Source of the DNA: Diplonema japonicum
Lineage: Eukaryota > Protista > Euglenozoa: Diplonemea
Assembly: GCA_964019335.1 (NCBI GenBank)
Contig: OZ025653.1
Location: forward strand, 124,001-188,000
DNA length: 64,000 nucleotides
Reading direction: 5' to 3'
The notes beneath the pieces were generated by a model that saw nothing but the letters and a program-made list of their open reading frames with translations, had not been told where the DNA came from and searched no databases. Of the stretch, positions 22,904 through 33,477 are shown one piece after another. Every line of letters starts with the position of its first letter. The stretch's first letter is position 1. Both the position numbers and the translations under genes were made by a program.

Positions 22904-24688
22904 CTACTCGGGCCTGGGCCGCTTCGACATTATTGATGCGGACGAGACAGTGCTGTCGAGACCACGCTTGTTGCCTACTATGTCGCTGTGGATCTGGTTG
23001 AGCTGTGGCGATGTTACTACATGTGCAACAAATAAACATACCTGTTCCTTCATGCCTCCCTGCAACACTATCCCTGCCTTTCCTGATGTCTCTTGGGCTG
23101 TTCGCAGGCCTGCTAGAGCGTCTTTCTCGCTCATTCGCCTCATCTTGTCCAGCTCTTCCCACCTCTTTTCGCTCTTTTGAACCCTATTCTTCGAGGGGTT
23201 CTTCCCGTGGAACACGCGCGACTGCTGCCTGAAAGCCTCGTGCGGTGTTACGTCTCTTCCGAACCTGTAAGAATGTGTGTTGTGCCCTGTTGTACATACT
23301 GATCCTTTCTCTTGATAACGAGCCCGTCATTGTCCTCCTCGAGGATACCGTCGTTCTCTCTACCGATGTAAGACGTTCCTATGAGTCCTTTCTGCTGGAT
23401 GAAGGCCATGGCACTTGCCATGGTGCCCAGCCCTTCTTCTTTAATTAAATTGGCGTTCTTAACTCTCTCTTCGAACTTAGCCTGCTTCTCTGCCTTTTTC
23501 TCCTTTGCTTCCGGGGTCTCTTCGTCTTCCTCGTCGACTTCCATTGTCTTGGGGTCCTGCAGTGAGTTATGTTTCGTAGGACAACATACCTCCTTTACTT
23601 GCACTTTCGTTTCGATCTGCTTGATGAACTCACTCGTTGCATCTATGTACACGGTGTCATCCTTCTCCTCAGCCTCATCTGGCTGCCACGCTTCGGTGTT
23701 GCCCTCTTTCAACGTGGAAAGGGATGTTTCAGAAATACTCGTGATCTGTTGCTCGGTAGCAGCCTTCGCCTCTGTAGTCAGGGCAAACGCCTTCTCACGC
23801 ACCTCCAGCTTCGCCAATGCATCACTCTGCTCAGGCTCTTCACGTATTCTGTGTGTGCGTGCCGCCTCGAGTTCTTCATTCTCCTGAACCTCCAGTCGCA
23901 GCTCTTTCATCCTCTCTGTCACAACCTCTTTGTTCTTTTTCTTTAACACCCGCTTCCTCTTGGGCTTTTTAAACTGAGTCATTTCCTGCTCAGTGTAAGT
24001 ATCCCTTTGCAGAGTGTTCCACATGAAGTCCTTCGTGTCGTCACCACCCAAGCTGTAGCGTGTCATTCCTTTGTCAGCAGCGAGGGCGTCGAGGCGTTTC
24101 TGCTCCTCGCTACTGAGCTGGAGGGCATCCAGACCTCCGTGTTCGTCAAGTGTGAAAGATTTCTGTTGTGGTGGTTAATAATGTGCATAGCGTGCATACC
24201 CTGCCTTTGGCAAACTCCCGTCTTCCCTCGTCGTACTGTGCAAGGATGCTCTCGTTCTGCTCGTCATCGTACTTGTCGAAGCCTTTCGCACGTTTCTTGT
24301 AGAACTCTCGTTTCTCGTCCTCCACAAGTTCTGTGCTCTCCAACACGTCGTCTGTGTCAGCGAACTTTCCCGACTCGTCCACGATTCTAGAGTCTTGCAA
24401 CGTAAGTACATGCTCTGTGCCTGCCCCAATGGTGTCCGTCGAGTGTGCCACCCGCATGCTGGCAGCGGCAACATCCTCCTTTGTAGCCTGTGCCGTGTTG
24501 CTGGATTGCCGTGAGCATACCTGTTCGTCCATGTCGTCGAACTCCATAGCCTTCTTTGCTACTTCTTGCTGCTGCTTCTTTTTTTTATTCCCGCTCTTCT
24601 TCATCCTGCTCACCCATGCAGCTGCATCTTCGTTTCCGCCCTCGTCCGCTAGGCCCAGTCCAGTCTCGATGCTCGTCTTCTCCGGCAT
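22904..24688 (-). CDS. SART1: U4/U6.U5 tri-snRNP protein SART-1/Snu66 homolog (6 exons)
   Basis: Motifs 'RVAHS...VLTLQDS...DVLE', 'SILAQYDE', 'KSFTLD', 'DQFGRDVTPHEAFRQQSRVFHGKNPSK'. Introns 24488-24520, 24163-24199, 23557-23589, 23265-23299, 23003-23041 (GTATG...CAG). Confidence 0.85.
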
Positions 24689-24797
24689 CTGACGTTTCCT
24701 GAGTGCTTAGTGGTATATAAGAATACTACAAATATGTGTTTCATACAAAGCCTAACGTAGGAAAACAACAAGAGCGACACTCACACGTTTTCTTTTT

Positions 24798-25793
24798 TCA
24801 TTTATTCTGCGGAACTCCAAACCTGCGGTCTTTTGACTGTGGCGTGGCATTGAGATGCACAGAAGGCGACGGCGAGGGCATCGGTGTAGAAGGGAGGTAG
24901 GTTGGTGTTTTAGGCTGTGCAGGTTCCTCAGGGGGCGGGGATGGAGCAGAAGAACTGACACGCACAGACTTCTTATAGGAGCTTGTCACTGGCACTGCTG
25001 ACGAGGACGAAGCTCGTGAGATATTTAACGTTTCTTTGACGATCTTCTGCGGTGCGGGGTGGTGGTTCAGGCTGACGACAAACTGTGACTGTGGGGGGGG
25101 CGGGAAGGGCACATCCGCTGGCTTTGCTGTCGCAACCTGGCTGCTGACGCTGCCACTTGTAACGTTACCATCTTCGAACTTCTGACACATTTTAATCAAC
25201 CTCTCAAGTATCGCCTCGTTCCTCCGCTTGTCGTCTACTACCTTGATAGCAAACCTCACATGCTCGTCGTTCAGGACTTGCAGCCTCTCTTCTAACGCAT
25301 CGATCTTCTCAGAGTCGCACCCCTCTGACCTTACATCTTGCGGCTGTGCTTCAAGTAGACACATCCTGTCGTCCAGCTCCCGAATCACTGCCTCCACGTC
25401 GCCGAGGCCGAGGCCGAGGTTGTGGGAGGGGAGGTCTCCTCCACTGAGAGAGTCCTCAATATCGACTATCCGCTGTGTGTTCCTGTTGTAGTTCACCTCC
25501 AGAGAATCCATGCGTGACTTCAACTCTGCCGTCGTTGCTTCACGCTCCCTTTCCATGCTAATGACTCCAGTAATGATCTCCCGAAGTCCCTGCAGCTCGG
25601 CAACCACTTGTAGGATCAGGTCAGGGCTTATCTGTGCATCCTCACCGCCTCGTATTCTTCGTTCCATCTGCCGCAGGAGCTCATCTTTATCCCTGAGCTG
25701 CCTGCGTAGTTCGTCATTTGGCTGCCTTTGTGCTTTTTCGTCTTTTATGTGGGACAGCCATTGCTGCACCTTGTCAGAATGGATCGACGACAT
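24798..25793 (-). CDS. Coiled-coil hypothetical protein with Pro/Ser-rich C-terminus
   Basis: Open frame with heptad-rich N-terminal two-thirds. Likely ATG 25793 follows TTGCAG|GAAG. Confidence 0.7.
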   Translation of the reverse strand: MSSIHSDKVQQWLSHIKDEKAQRQPNDELRRQLRDKDELLRQMERRIRGGEDAQISPDLILQVVAELQGLREIITGVISMEREREATTAELKSRMDSLEVNYNRNTQRIVDIEDSLSGGDLPSHNLGLGLGDVEAVIRELDDRMCLLEAQPQDVRSEGCDSEKIDALEERLQVLNDEHVRFAIKVVDDKRRNEAILERLIKMCQKFEDGNVTSGSVSSQVATAKPADVPFPPPPQSQFVVSLNHHPAPQKIVKETLNISRASSSSAVPVTSSYKKSVRVSSSAPSPPPEEPAQPKTPTYLPSTPMPSPSPSVHLNATPQSKDRRFGVPQNK

Positions 25794-25915
25794 CTTCCTG
25801 CAAAGTGTAGCCCAAGGCAAGGTTGCTGAAGAAACTAAATACAATTACATATGACAAGTGCACTCTATCTAGTACAAGTTACGTACAGTACAAAGCTGTT
25901 TTTTTACAAAACGGC

Positions 25916-26956
25916 CTATCTCCATCTTTTAACTGGGCTGGGCCTGCGGTGTGCGGGCGACACACGATTCTGCGGCGACACGCACCGAGGGCCCTGCATG
26001 GTTTGTTGGAATGTAGTTAGAAAGCACACCTGAGGAGAGAGGCATCTGGCATTTGCTGTTGAGGTAGAGCGCTTCGTGGCTGTGCGGCGCTCCCTTCGAT
26101 CTTCGTAGTCATCGTCGTCGAAGCGCAGCGTGAATGTCTTAGGACCCGAGCCTGGTGTTGGCTTCCAGTGCATTGTCGGCGTCTGCTGAGGAGGGGTGAC
26201 CAGGTTCTGCACCATGGGAGACTTCTTCAAAGCCGGGGAAGGCGTTCTAGTTCTCGCCTGCGGCTTTGGCGAAGGTTGATACTGCTGGCTTATTTTGTGC
26301 TGGTGCTGATCGGGCTGGGACTTGACCTTCTGGTACCGCTGCTCCAAGGCACCGATCATGTTGTGAAAGTCATCACCAGACGCGCTGTTCACCTCGTCGG
26401 AGTCAAGCCACGGAAGGGCGGCCACACGAGCAGGAGTGCCTGCAGTGGCAGGCGTTGACGGCGGCGGCGGTGGCGGCTCAGGTTCTGTGTGACGGTGTTT
26501 TCTCCGTTCACCAGCAAGGCGCTCGGCAGCTGCAGTTGTTGCAACCAATTGCGCGGCCTCACCTGCGACCTGTGCCTTCGTGTCGGCCAAGTGTTTCCTT
26601 TCATACGAATCTTCAGTCTGCCATGCTGCAGCAAGACAGCCACTATTGCTGGTATTGGAACTGTTTGTAGCACCAATATCTATGCTGTACAGAGGCTTGA
26701 TCCTATCTTGCAGCTCCTTCATCCCTGTATCCGCTGCCGTCAGCAGCCCCCTCATATGGTCGTTGTCCATCGTCTCGCACGCCTTCAAGCAGAACCCCAC
26801 CATAGCCCGCGCTGCTTCCGCACACGCTTCGACATCGCTGACTCGTCTGAAGTACTCGTCGCTTTTGCTTGAGGTGGCCCCCCCATTTCTATGCTGCGCG
26901 TCAATCCAGGTGGGGGGCCTCCATGCCATAGGGTCTTTGTGGCCGGGGTGCGGCAT
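25916..26956 (-). CDS. Hypothetical protein (helical N-terminus, Pro/Gln-rich C-terminus)
   Basis: 346-aa ORF. Probable in-frame 36-nt intron at 25994-26029 (GTGTG...GCAG). Confidence 0.65.
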   Translation of the reverse strand: MPHPGHKDPMAWRPPTWIDAQHRNGGATSSKSDEYFRRVSDVEACAEAARAMVGFCLKACETMDNDHMRGLLTAADTGMKELQDRIKPLYSIDIGATNSSNTSNSGCLAAAWQTEDSYERKHLADTKAQVAGEAAQLVATTAAAERLAGERRKHRHTEPEPPPPPPSTPATAGTPARVAALPWLDSDEVNSASGDDFHNMIGALEQRYQKVKSQPDQHQHKISQQYQPSPKPQARTRTPSPALKKSPMVQNLVTPPQQTPTMHWKPTPGSGPKTFTLRFDDDDYEDRRERRTATKRSTSTANARCLSPQVCFLTTFQQTMQGPRCVSPQNRVSPAHRRPSPVKRWR

Positions 26957-27135
26957 TGTTTGGTATTCCTGTGATAATTGTAAAAAAATATAGAATCTAA
27001 TTCATCCAAAGCAATTCCTAGTTCACTGTAGTTTGCTGTCCTTTCGCAAGAGTCACCGAGAAAGAAGCTCGCTAGTTTCCTATAAATGGTTCTTCACCGA
27101 TCGGCCGACTCTACAGTTGAAGAGAAAAGAGAGAA

Positions 27136-28161
27136 CTACGTCATGTCTATTATGTGCTTTGCCCCTGTCCCCACTCCAGTGAGCAAGAGAACGATCGCAA
27201 GCATTACTTTCATTTTAGCCGCAGAAATGCGCAGCGCCATTTTAGACCCCACAGTGATGAAGACCCCGCAGTTTATTGCCATGACGAGCGCAATGCCGAA
27301 ATCAAGAGAACCGAAAAAGATGGCACCGATTGTGGAAGCTAGAGAGAGAGAGGTCACGAAAGGGATGACAGTGCCCATGAGCAAATGGGGCGGGGTGTCG
27401 GGGTATAGGAAGAAGAAGATAGGAAATAATATTACAGGACCGCCGGTGCCAGTAACCGCTGATAGAAAGGAGACGACGAATCCGAGACAGGCCCGAATGG
27501 CGAACTGCCGTCGCGAGGTGCCGGTGAGCCCTTCCGCGCCAGGCTGTATTGTATCCATTTGAAAGTAGCCTTCACCTGCCTTGCATGCTTCAGGGGGGCT
27601 TTCGTCAGGTGCGAGACTTACCTCACTTATACTACTGTCATCAGTTCCTTCCTTTTCGTTCTCGATGGTCAGCATTTCTGAATCTTGCGGAGACGGCAGC
27701 ACCTCGTCTGCATCGAGGACTAGCTCTTGATTCTGATTTTGGTTTCGGTAAGATATGTACTTCACGTAGCTTTGCCGTGCCAGCTGGAGAGACGAAGCGA
27801 GGCAGAGTATAGACACACCCATCGCCACGATGTCTGAAGGGAGGTAAGGAACTAACACCGCGCCTATCAAGGAGCCAGGCAGGGCAGGGATGGCAAAGTC
27901 CATGCTGCGCCTCCACAAGATCTTCCCTGCGTGGTGCCAGATGACGGCTTTCATGATGTTACAGAAGAATACAGCAACGAAGGTGCTGCCTATAGCAACC
28001 TTGGCAGTCATGCTGGGTAGTAGCATCAGTAAGGGCACCCACACAACACCGCCTGTGCCCACACACCCCGCGCTGAAGGCACCTACTGCATGGCCTACCA
28101 TTACAAGCAACACCTGCCACCATACGATCGGCTCGGGGTACGAGAGAAACGTCACATTCAT
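27136..28161 (-). CDS. TauE/SafE (TSUP) family sulfite/sulfonate exporter-like membrane protein
   Basis: Two repeats of the Gly-rich signature (GCVGTGGVVWVPLL; SAVTGTGGPVILFP), ~8 TM helices and a central hydrophilic loop. ATG 28161 follows ACACAG|G. Confidence 0.8.
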   Translation of the reverse strand: MNVTFLSYPEPIVWWQVLLVMVGHAVGAFSAGCVGTGGVVWVPLLMLLPSMTAKVAIGSTFVAVFFCNIMKAVIWHHAGKILWRRSMDFAIPALPGSLIGAVLVPYLPSDIVAMGVSILCLASSLQLARQSYVKYISYRNQNQNQELVLDADEVLPSPQDSEMLTIENEKEGTDDSSISEVSLAPDESPPEACKAGEGYFQMDTIQPGAEGLTGTSRRQFAIRACLGFVVSFLSAVTGTGGPVILFPIFFFLYPDTPPHLLMGTVIPFVTSLSLASTIGAIFFGSLDFGIALVMAINCGVFITVGSKMALRISAAKMKVMLAIVLLLTGVGTGAKHIIDMT

Positions 28162-28831
28162 CTGGTTTCCTGTGTGAACAATGAGCACAATAATACAGAA
28201 ATAAGCAATACTAAATGATTCCGTAAATGTCGTAATTAGGCACAAGAGGGGGGGGGGGGGGGGGGGGCAGAATCATTTTATAATAACTGAAAAAAAAAAA
28301 TGTTAGAAAGAACAAAAGAACAAGAACACATGTAATAATAATTTTGGGAACCAAAAAAAAAAAAGAGGGCAACCAACACTTTCTTCTTTTTTTTTTGTTT
28401 CCCCCCTCTTTTCTTGCGATCATTTTTACACTCCCCTACCGTACTTGTCTTTGTTCTATCTTCTCCTGTCGCGCTGCCCCCTCTTCTTTCACTCGTAACG
28501 GCAGGCGACTGACCAATCACCTGCTCCCTTAGAAGGTGTCGGATCTCCTATAGGTGGATGGGAAGAGGGAAGAATAGGATGGTTAGAGAGAGAAGGGGAG
28601 GGGGAAAAAAAAAACCTCGCTGCCCTTTTTTTTCTTCTTCTTTTTTTCTCCTCCCTTCTCTCTATTTGCTTCTCGCTCTTCTTTCTTCTTTCTTTTTTTT
28701 TTCTCTTTTGCTTGTTTCTTTCAAATAAACATGGCATCTCCTTTTGTTTGCTCTCCGGGAATCTCATGAGGCTAGGTTCTTTTTGTTCTTTTCAAAAACT
28801 GACTTCTCACTTTTTTCGTACATTCCAAACC

Positions 28832-29523
28832 CTAACCCTGCGCGTCCATCTCATGAGGAAACAACGCTGTGAGGAAACCTGGGGTGGGAATGACTTCTCG
28901 GTTCCGACCGAGGAGCTTCGGCAGGATGTCTTCAATGTACCTTTTTTTTTTTTTTTTCCCCCCTCTTCCCCTCCCCCTCCATACCAGAACACATGGCCGG
29001 CTGCAATGCCTATAATGTCAGTCAGTGGTGGAGACCCGAAGAGCACACCCAAGCCAAGCAGCATGTAGGCAAGGTAAGGTGCCGAGAGCGTAACCAGCCC
29101 ATATATCGAGAGATGTTCGTCTGGGTTCCTCCTGGACCAGACATAAAGGATCATGATGATCAGACTGTGCGAAAGGAACGGGAGGTCATACACCGCGGCA
29201 AGCCCAAGCATCAACACTCCACCGAAGAGCAACATGTACACAAACCTGGCGGTACGGCGGTGGTAGAAATGCTCTTCAAGCCGTCTGGAGTAGAAGTACA
29301 GGAAATGCATGTGGAAGAAGAAGTGGACAGAAAAGGTATCAAAGTACACAAAACACGTCAGCAACCGCCACACCTCACCCTTGCCAACCAGCTTGAAGTT
29401 TAAGTACAAGCTCAGCGGGCTCATGAACTCAAACGTCACCGCCCCTGCAGTCAGGACCGCCAGTGTTAGATAAATCCGGGTCACCACCGGTATCGAGAAG
29501 TACGCTTGTTCTATTTCAACCAT
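28832..29523 (-). CDS. DERL: Derlin (Der1-like ERAD component), 2 exons
   Basis: 'IPVVTRIY', 'GEVWRLLTCF', 'YSRRLEE', 'YVWSRRNP', 'APYL', 'GIAAGH'. A 44-nt intron at 28941-28984 restores 'W|YIEDILP...IPTPGFLTALF' to TAG at 28832-28834. Confidence 0.9.
28941..28984 (-). other. 44-nt GT-AG intron composed almost entirely of purines
   Basis: Reads GTATGGAGGGGGAGGGGAAGAGGGGGG-A16-G. Its removal is required to restore the conserved Derlin C-terminus. Confidence 0.8.
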
Positions 29524-30123
29524 TTCCCCCTCTTTTTTTATTGTTTTTTTTTGGCTCCCCTCCCTCACCCTTTTTTTTTTTGTTATCTTGTGAAAAAAAA
29601 AAAAAAAAAAGGGAATGGTGAAAAAAGAAAGAAATATTGTGTGTTTGGAACAGTAGGGGGGGGAAAGGAAGAAGAATGACTTTGGTTGCTTCATAAACCG
29701 CCTGGCGTACGAGCAACGACCTCTCCGCTCTAGCGAATATTGCTTCCCATCCAGGCACCGTGTCAAGTGTACTATGTTGACCATGATTCCGCTTCCTTCG
29801 GAAAACTCACCATGGTGTGCATCGCTTCCTTTCACATTGCACTTCCAATAGATGCTCCAGGAATGCTTTGTAGGCCCCAGCGATCTGCCCGCATCTTCCG
29901 CATAGCACTCTTGGATCTTCTACCTTGGGGAGGACCCACCCTCATTAATTAAAAAAAAGGGGGGGGGACTAAACTAAACTGTGACATCTTTTTCTTTTAT
30001 TTCTGTTTTCTTCTTTTTCTCTGTTTCATCGCACAACGGAAAGGGGGGAGGGGGGAGCTGGAGAGAAAGGAGAGAAAATCGAAAGAAAGAAGCAAAATTC
30101 TATATCTTTTTTTTTCTTTTTTT

Positions 30124-31005
30124 TCAAACACGTTCACCATCGACCCAGACAAGCCCAGGGCACGCCTTCTTCACCTTGCTTCTGTAATTGGGAGCCTCGG
30201 CAAGCGGGTTCCCTTCTAGCACAAGCTTCCTAAGCATCGGAAACTTGACGAGGGATAACCCGTTTGTGTTGGAGATGAAGTTGTATGAGATGTAAAGCTC
30301 CTGAAGGGAAGGCATGACAGGAAGAGCGTCCCAAGTAATAAACTGGTTGCGGCTGAGGTAAAGGACCTTACATGAGGGGAGAGGCACATCAATGAGAGAC
30401 AATAAATTGTTGTCGGTCAGGCAGACTTTCTTAACGCTCCTGTTGACAGTGAGGAATGCTGCCAGTTGTGACAGCTGGTACGAGTCACCGAGGTCCTGGT
30501 AGCCAAGGTTTAAAATCTCAACTGGTGCGTTGCGAGGGTCGTTTTCCGCCTTTATCCGTATGACGTCTATCATCTTCCCACGCCGCTCCAGTTCCTGAGG
30601 GGCTAGCCGGATCCTTGGTGCTCGCAAGTCCTCCACTGGAGGCTTCACACCTTCGATGTCAACCCACCTTGCAGGCATATCACGTGTTGGGTTAGCGTGA
30701 TATGAAGGAAAAGGCATCCCCGACCGTAGCAACCAATAAGAGTCTTCATTGCAGAACTGACTGTTCTTGTAAGGTACTCTCTGAAGGTTGTATGTGTGCT
30801 CCCTGTACGCAGTGGCTTCCATTCCACCTTCGGCGCTTGCTTCCTCCATGTCCTTTGATTTGAACGTCTTCTGTCCTGAAAACTCTTCTTCTTCATCTTC
30901 GTCAAGCATCTTCGAGATCAACCCTGCCCCCTTGCTCCAGAACGACCCGAGGAACGCTGTCGTCGTTCTCATCAATGTGCCCAGCATGCCCTCTTCCTCT
31001 TTCAT
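30124..31005 (-). CDS. Leucine-rich-repeat protein with LRRcap
   Basis: LxxLxLxxN repeats (LYLSRNQF, LQELYISYNFI, LRKLVLEGNP) and cap 'NYRSKV...PGLVWVDG'. Confidence 0.85.
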   Translation of the reverse strand: MKEEEGMLGTLMRTTTAFLGSFWSKGAGLISKMLDEDEEEEFSGQKTFKSKDMEEASAEGGMEATAYREHTYNLQRVPYKNSQFCNEDSYWLLRSGMPFPSYHANPTRDMPARWVDIEGVKPPVEDLRAPRIRLAPQELERRGKMIDVIRIKAENDPRNAPVEILNLGYQDLGDSYQLSQLAAFLTVNRSVKKVCLTDNNLLSLIDVPLPSCKVLYLSRNQFITWDALPVMPSLQELYISYNFISNTNGLSLVKFPMLRKLVLEGNPLAEAPNYRSKVKKACPGLVWVDGERV

Positions 31006-31549
31006 TTTTCTTTTCTTTCTTTCCCCTGCCCTTTGTTTGATTTTAAGGTGGGTGGGAGCTTTACTTTAATGCAAGAAAGAAACTGGTTCACCGAAGGGGG
31101 AAGAAGAAAAAATAGATCTTCACACCCTTGTAAGAATTATTGTTTTTTACTTCGACTTTTCTTTAGAATTAGGGGGGTCTCGCGGATGGGGGCTGCAAAC
31201 CTAGAGGAATGATGTGAGCCATCTGCTTCCCGGGTGCAACGATGCCACGCATGGAAAGCTGTTGGCGACATCGAGCTGAACCCAAGAGGAACCTATGCCG
31301 TTGATAGTCCTCTCCACATGGCTGCAGAAAAACCTGTCTTGCTTCCAGAATACTCAAAATGCAGGACAAACCCCCTCATGGAGGGCCGCCCTTGAAAACA
31401 CAACGCTTTTATTATCTCTTTCTTTTTTCTTTTCTTCTTCTTTGTTAGGGGGGGAGTTCTCTTTAATTCTAGAAATAGAAAACAAAAGCAAAAAAAAGCA
31501 GAGAGGGATTTTAAAAAAAAAAGTCTTTAAAAAAAGTGTAAATGTCTAT

Positions 31550-32911
31550 TCACATCTCTGACGGGGGTCGCTGTGGAGCAAGCTTCCCCGTCTCCTTCAT
31601 GCTGTCGTACATCTCAAGTGCGTTCAAGATAGCCTGATCCATGTTGAAGTATTTATACGAGGCGAGGCGGCCCACGAAGGCGACGGAGGGCTCCTTCTCA
31701 GCCAGTTCTCGATATCTTTCGTAAAGAGCTCGGTTTTCCGGGTTTGGCACAGGATAATACGGGTCCCCTGTGGCACTGGAGAACTCTTTGTAGCAGATAG
31801 AGCCCTTCACATTGCCATTCCTCACATGCTCTGGCTGGTTGGGGGTATGCTTGTACTCCACAATGCGTGTCCACGGCACATCTGCACTCGGATAGTTGCA
31901 GCACAGCGATTCCTGCACGAACCCATCTTCCGGCTCCTCAGAGTACTCCTTCTCAAACACCACGCTGCGATACTCCAGCTTCGGCAGTCCTTGCTCTGCG
32001 AAGTAGGCATCGATGGGCCCCGTGTAGACCACCATGTCATGCTCGGGCAGCTGGTCGCGCACTTTGAAGAAATCACAGTTCAGCCGCACTGTCACCTTGT
32101 CCTTGCAAGCACCAGTCAGGAGCATGTTCTCGAAGATCCGTGTGTACCCCCTGCAAGGCAAGGCTTGGTACTTATCGTTGAAGTACCTGTCATCGGTAGA
32201 TGTGCGGCATGGCAGGCGGATAAGGACCGACGCGTCGAGCTCCTCAGGGTACTTGTCCCACTGCTTCTTTGTGTAGTGCCGAAAGATCTTCTCGTAAAGG
32301 TCCGCGCCCACCCTGGACAAGGCAGCTTCCTTCCCGTTTTTCGGATCCTCGTTCGGGACTCTTTGTGTCTCGTACCATGCTTCCATGTCCCCGTCGCTTG
32401 CGACACCTGCGTGGAAGAGCTTGTTCACCGTGTCCTGCGTCGGGGGGATAGGGACAAGTACTTCTTTACCACTTATGTCATTCACAAGGCCTCTGCCACG
32501 GTACTCGAATGGCGCCCATTCCGAGTGCTGCTTGACGTACTCCCACACCCTGTCGTGCGTCGTGTGGAAGAAGTGCGGTCCGTACTCTGACACTCTGATG
32601 CCGCTTTCATGGAGGCTGTCATAGCAGTTGCCCCCTATGTGATCCCTCTTGTCTATCACAAGCGATGTCAGGCCGAGCTCTTCAGCACACCGCTCAGCAA
32701 TGACACACCCAGACAGCCCCGCACCCACGATGACAAGGTTCACCTTCTTTGCATTGGACACATCACCGCCGAGAACACTCTTCCCCAAGTCCAACGGCCC
32801 GTCGCACGTAACACCTTGCTCATGGAGCTCATCCCTTCCACATGTCTCGGTCACTTTATTCAGGTCCGCCCACTGCTTGGCTGCTCTCGCAGAGGCAGGT
32901 CCAGAGGGCAT
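31550..32911 (-). CDS. glf: UDP-galactopyranose mutase, bacterial (Glf) type
   Basis: FAD-binding 'VIVGAGLSG', 'IDKRDHIGGNCYD', 'YGPHFFHT', 'YTKKQW', 'DDRYF.DKYQ..P..GYT', 'LEYRS', 'PYYPVP', 'GRLASYKYFNMDQAI'. Intronless. Confidence 0.93.
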   Translation of the reverse strand: MPSGPASARAAKQWADLNKVTETCGRDELHEQGVTCDGPLDLGKSVLGGDVSNAKKVNLVIVGAGLSGCVIAERCAEELGLTSLVIDKRDHIGGNCYDSLHESGIRVSEYGPHFFHTTHDRVWEYVKQHSEWAPFEYRGRGLVNDISGKEVLVPIPPTQDTVNKLFHAGVASDGDMEAWYETQRVPNEDPKNGKEAALSRVGADLYEKIFRHYTKKQWDKYPEELDASVLIRLPCRTSTDDRYFNDKYQALPCRGYTRIFENMLLTGACKDKVTVRLNCDFFKVRDQLPEHDMVVYTGPIDAYFAEQGLPKLEYRSVVFEKEYSEEPEDGFVQESLCCNYPSADVPWTRIVEYKHTPNQPEHVRNGNVKGSICYKEFSSATGDPYYPVPNPENRALYERYRELAEKEPSVAFVGRLASYKYFNMDQAILNALEMYDSMKETGKLAPQRPPSEM

Positions 32912-33477
32912 GTTGGGGATCTGTTGGTATTCACATAGTAGCTGGAATAAATAAAGAAACTAAGCGAGAAATGGGAATACCTGAGCACAGTAGGAGGTTG
33001 CCAGGTGTAGAAAATGAAGTCAGACTGGAAAACAAACTTCAATTTAACGACAGCGGTGCTTAACTACTGCTTATAAAAAAAGATGCCTTTGAAGAATAAC
33101 TTCAACCCCCCGTGCTAAGATGTAATTTGACAAACCGATCGTTCCGGCCACCTTGGTTCTCGGACTATTTGTATATATGTGATGCATGCATGTTCAAGCT
33201 CCGAGGTGGCTCCTCTAAAAACGGTGAAACAGGGCTTGTAGAAGAGGAAGTGAATGACATGGGGGGGGGGGGCGCACAGTGTTACTCCCATTGCGCATTT
33301 GTTGGCGTGCTTCCACACCTCAACCCACAACCCAGCAACATGAGGAAAGCAACTCGCTAGAGGGGAGGTGTCGTTACCCACCTTGGACTTGGGTCTTGCT
33401 GCCCCCGAGAGAAGAAAGAAAGAAATAGCAAATAAATAGATAAAGGAGGCCAGGTTGGTGGCGCCCTGATTTAAAGA

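Noticed and set aside
29524-29835. N-terminal extension of the Derlin ORF (similar extensions at 28162-28245 and 48402-48662)
   Set aside because: They run through homopolymer spacer DNA. Homology starts at the downstream ATG.
31205-31282. C/D-box-like ATGATG...CTGA on the plus strand; also GTGATGA on the minus strand near 54700
   Set aside because: Imperfect or missing partner boxes and no recognisable rRNA guide. The first is antisense to transcription.
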